38,462 bases of DNA from Chiloscyllium plagiosum. Lineage: Eukaryota. The position numbers and the translations under genes were made by a program. Below are positions 33,833 through 38,462 of this stretch, piece after piece (the stretch's first letter is position 1; each line of letters starts with the position of its first letter). Location: NCBI RefSeq assembly GCF_004010195.1, contig NW_025215368.1, positions 68,601 through 107,062 of the forward strand. Direction: 5' to 3'. Below the pieces are notes generated by a model, which ran no database searches, was not told the DNA's origin, and saw nothing but the letters and a program-made list of their open reading frames with translations.

Positions 33833-35470
33833 GATAGAACATAGAATAACAAAGCGCAGAACAGGCCCTTCGGCCTCGATGTTGTGACGACCTGTGACCT
33901 AATCTCAGTCCTTCCGCCTACTCTATCCCATCATCATCCATGTGATTATCCAAGGATTGTTGAAATCTCCCTCATGTGGCTGGACTATCTACATCAGCAG
34001 GCAGGGCACGCCACACCCTTGTCACTCTGAGAAAAGAACCTACCTCTGACATCTGTCTTAAATCTATCACCCCTCAATTTGTAGTTATGCCCCCTCGGAC
34101 AAGCTGACACCATCACTCTATGAAAAAGACTTTCATTGTCTACCCTATCTAATACTCTGACCATCTTGCATATCTCTATCAAATCGCCTCTTCGCCTCTT
34201 TGTTTCCAATAAGAACAGACCCAAGTCTCTCTGCCTGCCCTCATAAGACCTTCCCTCCAAATCAGGCAACATCCTGGTAAATTTCCTCTGCACCTTTTCC
34301 AATGTTCCCCATACTTTTTGTCATGGGATAAACAGAACTGTACACAATACTACAAGTGCGACTTCACTCGTGCATTGCACAGTTGCAGCATGACACTACA
34401 GCTCCGGAACTCAATACCTCGTCCAATAAAACCTAACACATTATATGCCTTCTTAACAGCCCTATCATCCTGGGTGCTAACTTTTAGGCATCTATGTCCA
34501 CGGACACCATCATCCTCTGCACATCCACACTGCCAAGAATCTTTCCATTGATCCAATATTCTGCCTTCTTTTTATTATTCCCAAAGTAAATCACCTCACA
34601 TTTGTCTGCATTGTACTCCATTTACCATCTCTCAGGCCACTTCTGCAGTTTATCCCAGTCCCACTGCAACGTGCAACATTCTTACACACTGGCCACTACT
34701 CCAACGACTTTAGTGTCATCTGCAAACATACTAACACATCCACCCCTGCCTGCATTCAAGTCATTAATAAAAATGACAAACAGCAATTGCCCCCAAAAAG
34801 ATCCTTGTGGCACACCACTAGTAACCGGACTCCAGGATGAATATTTTCCGTCAATCATCACAGAATTACAGAATCCAAACTGCTCAATCATCCTCAATCC
34901 CATGCGTCTGCATTTTCTCGAACAGCCTACCATGTTGAACCTTTTCAAAGCCCTTACTGAAGTCCACGCACACCACGTCAACTGCCTTACCCTCAGCCAC
35001 ATGCTTGATCACTTTCTCAAAAAACTCAAAGAAGTTTATGAGACGTAACTTGACCTTGACGAAATCATGTTGACTATCTGTAATCAAATGTTTGCTTGCA
35101 AGATGACTATAAATCATATCGCTTATAATCCTTTCCAAAACGTTTCCGACAATAGACGTAAGACTCACTTTTCTATAATTACCTGGTTCATGACTAATGC
35201 CGTTTCGAACAAGGGCACAACATTTGCAATCCTCCAGTCCTCTGGTACTAAACCTTTAAACATTGACGGCCGAAAAATCGAAGTCAAAGGCTCCAAAAAC
35301 TCCTCCTTAGCTTCCCAGAGAATTCTCGGGTGAATCCATCCGGCCTAGGGGACTTATCTACTTTCACTCCTTCCCGAATTGATAAAACATCTTCGTTACT
35401 AACCTCATTCCTTTCTAGTTTTATATCGTGTTTCTCATGCTTCGCTTCGACAATATTCTCCTTTTGCCTG
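33833..35470 (-). mobile_element. CR1 LINE ORF2 (RT to 3' UTR), disrupted
   Basis: ORFs give VSLTSIVGNVLE, VDVVCVDFSKGFEKV, GVPQGSFWG, MFADDTKV, EKVQRKFTRM and RGHNYKL. ATAGAACATAGAA tail at 33833. Confidence 0.95.
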
Positions 35471-35754
35471 ATTGAAAATCTGTCCTCTCCTCGTTTGTAT
35501 TCTCTTTTCCGAATGGGAATAGCATCTCCCTACCTTCTCTGCCTAACCCAGCTAAATTTTTTGATAAAGTAGATCATATCTCCGTGTCTCTGCCTTCTTG
35601 TATTCGAGGAGAACAGTCCCCAACTTCTTCAATCTCATCTCCTCACTGAAGTTGCTTATCCTTGTGATCAGCACTTGCAGATCTCACAAGCATACTCTCA
35701 CGATCTCTCTTCTTAGCCTTTACATACCTCGTCCTCCGATACATAGGTTTTGTC

Positions 35755-35858
35755 AGATAGATAGATAGATAGATAGTTAGGTGGGTAAATACGTAGGTGG
35801 ATAGATAATTAGGTAGGTAGATAGATAGGTAGATAGTTAGTAGGTAAATACGTCGGTG

Positions 35859-35912
<54 letters not shown>
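35755..35912. repeat. (TAGA)n microsatellite with TAGG variants
   Basis: Pure run at about 35858-35912, degenerate upstream, followed by (GATC)4. Confidence 0.95.
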
Positions 35913-35913
<1 letters not shown>

Positions 35914-35934
35914 TGACAGATCGATCGATCGATC

Positions 35935-36066
35935 CAACTGATGAAGGAGCAGCGCTCTAAAACCTTGAGCTCCATTGAACCAGTTGGAAATTAACCTGTT
36001 ATTGTGTGATTTTTATCTAAGTTTTAACTTTGTCCACGACAGTCCAACACCGACTACACCACATCT
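35935..36066 (+). mobile_element. Penelope-like terminal-repeat fragment (third family)
   Basis: CTGATGA-A-GGAGC-AGC-GCTCT-AAAA (35938-35962), followed by CAGTTGGAAATTAACCTG...AGTCCAACACCG. Confidence 0.55.
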
Positions 36067-36364
36067 TGGCCACAAGAGCAGATCAGAGGCAAGAAATCCT
36101 GCAGCGACTACCTCGTCTGAAGAGCACTCTCCGACATTTGTCCACCATTTACCTGTAGTGAAATGATACAGATGCAGCACCTCAAATGTGGGTCCCCATC
36201 ATCAAGAGCAAATCAACATCAGGCAGCAGAGTCAATGTCACGTCTGCAAACTTTCAAACCCTGCAACATTGAAGCTCAGTTGCAGCTGTGCGCATCATCC
36301 ACTGGATGAAGAACCAAAATTCACAACTGGTGCCTGAGCCTTAGGCTTCACTAGACCTTTTTAT

Positions 36365-36408
36365 ATAAATAGGTATAAATAGGTTTATAAATAGGTTTAC
36401 AAATAGGT
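36365..36408 (+). repeat. 4 x ATAAATAGGT(TT) short tandem repeat
   Basis: Units at 36365, 36375, 36387 and 36399 (the last is ACAAATAGGT). Confidence 0.9.
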
Positions 36409-38462
36409 AAACAGATCATGGAAAGATTTACAGGCAATAGCGTAGTGCTGATGGGAGGTTTTAATTTTCCCAACATTGACTGGGATATTCTTAGCGTCAG
36501 AGATCTGGATGGGGTAGAATTTGTAACTCGCGTTCAGGAGAGTTTTCTAGAGCAGTATGTCAATACTCCGACGAGGAAAGGAGCCATATGGAACCTGGTA
36601 ATGGGGAACGAGACAGGACAGTTGGTAGACGTTGCAGTGAGGGATTTATTTGCGAACAGTGTCACAATTCTGTTAGTTTTAGAATACTCGTAGATCAAAA
36701 AGAGAGTGGTCCTAAGGGAAGAGTACTAAATCTGGGCCAAGGCCATCTACATTAAAATTAGCCAGGAGCTCGCAAATGCGGATTGGACACAGCTCTCTGA
36801 AGGAAAGTCCACATTTCAGATGTGGGAGGAGGCTTTCAAAGATAGGTTAAAGATAGTTCAGGATTGTCATGTCCCGTTGAAGGAAAACGATAGGAGAGGA
36901 AGGGCAATATTCGTGAACCGTGGATGACAGGAGAAATTGTATGTCTCGCCCAAAGGAAAACGGAAGCAGCCATGAGGTCGAGGTAGCTAAGACCAAAACG
37001 GGCCCTGGAGGAATATTGAAAGAGTACGACCAGTCTTAAACAAGGATTCAAGCGGGCTAAAAGGGGCCAAGGAATAGCTTTAGCGAACAGAATTAAGGAG
37101 GTTCCCAAAGCATTTTATCCTTATATCAGAAGCAAGCGGGTAACTAGAGAAAAGATTGGTCCATGAAAGGATAACAAAGGAAGGTTTTGTGTCGAACGTG
37201 AGAGAATGGTGAGATTCTGAATGATTACTTTTTATCAGTGTTCACTGAGGAGAGACATACGATGATTTTGAGATTACAGATAGAAGTTTGGTTCGTCTGG
37301 ATCACGTTGACATAAATAGGAAAGATGTGTTGGGTAGGTTAGTGATTATTAAAGTGTACAGATCCCCAGGACTGGATGGAATCTATCCCAGGTTGCTGAG
37401 GGAGGCAAGAGAGGAAATAGCTGGGGCCCTGAAATATACCTTTGTGGCATCCTTAAATACAGATGAGCTGCCGGAGGATTGGAGGGTTGCTCGTGTTGTC
37501 TCGCCCCGTACTAGAATAGTAATAGGATATTCCTAGTAACTACAGACCAGTGAGTTTGACGTCAGTGTTTGGAAAGTTGCTGGAGAAGGTACCCTTGGAT
37601 AGGATCTATTTATAGTGAGAAAGGAATGGGCTTATTAGAGACAGCCAGCATGGTTTTGTGCGGGGGAGATCGTGTCTTACCAACGGAATAGAGTTCTTCG
37701 AGGAAGTGACCAAGTTGAGAGATGAAGGAAGGGCTCTTGATGTTATATACATGGACTTTAGTAAGGCGTTTGATCAGATTCCCCATGATAGACGAATGGG
37801 GAAAGTGAAGTCACATGGTTTGCAGTGTGTTCTAGCGAAGTGGAAAAAGAACTGGTTGTGCAACAGGAGACAGAGTGTAGTAGTTGAAGGGAGTTTCTCG
37901 AAATGGAGAAAATTGGCCAATGGTGTTTCACAGGGGTCGGTTTTGGGGCCACTATTGATTGTAACATAAATAAATGATCTGGAAGTTGGCAGTGTTGGTA
38001 TGATCAGCAAGTTTGCAGCTGACACGAAGATGGAAGAGCAGAAAGCATAAGGGTCAGTCAGAGAATACAAGACAACATAGATAGACTGGACAGTTGGGCG
38101 GAAAAGTGGCAGGTGGTTTTCAATCCTGACAACTGTGAGGTGATGCATTTAGGCAACACTAATTCCAGAGCGAATTATGCAATGAACGAAGAGCCTTGGG
38201 AAAAGTTGATGGGCCGAGAGATCTGCGAGTGCAGGTCCATTGAACCCTGAGATTTGCTGCACAGGTGGATAGAGTGTTCAAGAAGGCATATCGTACGCTT
38301 GCCTTCATTGTGCGGGGTATTGAGTATAAGAGCTGGCAAGTCATGTTAAAATTTTACAAGACATTGGTTCGGCTGCATTTAGAACACTGTGTATATGACC
38401 AAAAGGATGCTGACGCTTTGGAGAGGGTGCAGAGAAGGTTTACGAGGATGTTGCCTGGTATG
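36399..38462 (+). mobile_element. CR1 LINE ORF2 (endonuclease C-terminal part to RT/thumb), 5'-truncated, disrupted, runs off the window
   Basis: VVLMGGFNFPNIDW, FLEQYVNTPTR, SPGLDGIYPRLLRE, DVIYMDFSKAFD, GVSQGSVLGPLL, KFAADTK and ERVQRRFTRMLPG. Confidence 0.95.

Noticed and set aside
35643..35975. ORF with SIYL repeats
   Set aside because: Translation of the (TAGA)n microsatellite.

Overview
Repeat-dense eukaryotic genomic DNA, almost certainly from a shark or other elasmobranch, judged from HE1-type SINEs, CR1 LINEs and Penelope remnants. Most of the window is decayed retroelement sequence: many CR1 fragments, four HE1 SINEs, about eight Penelope-like terminal-repeat fragments with degenerate hammerhead-ribozyme-like cores, and a Gmr1-clade Gypsy pol and gag remnant. 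The only host genes are two minus-strand class A GPCRs of the GPR139/GPR142-like group. One is an apparently intact two-exon gene: exon 1 at 28646-28535 (found by hand, missing from the ORF track) and exon 2 at 27345-26444, giving 337 aa. The other is an orphan, 5'-truncated, frameshifted exon 2 (17941-18800). It lies between two identical 254-bp direct repeats whose right end falls inside a SINE, which suggests a SINE-mediated template-switch duplication. A near-identical 648-bp tandem duplication is also present. Repeat family names come from recalled consensus sequences and manual translation, not database searches, and boundaries of old fragments are approximate.
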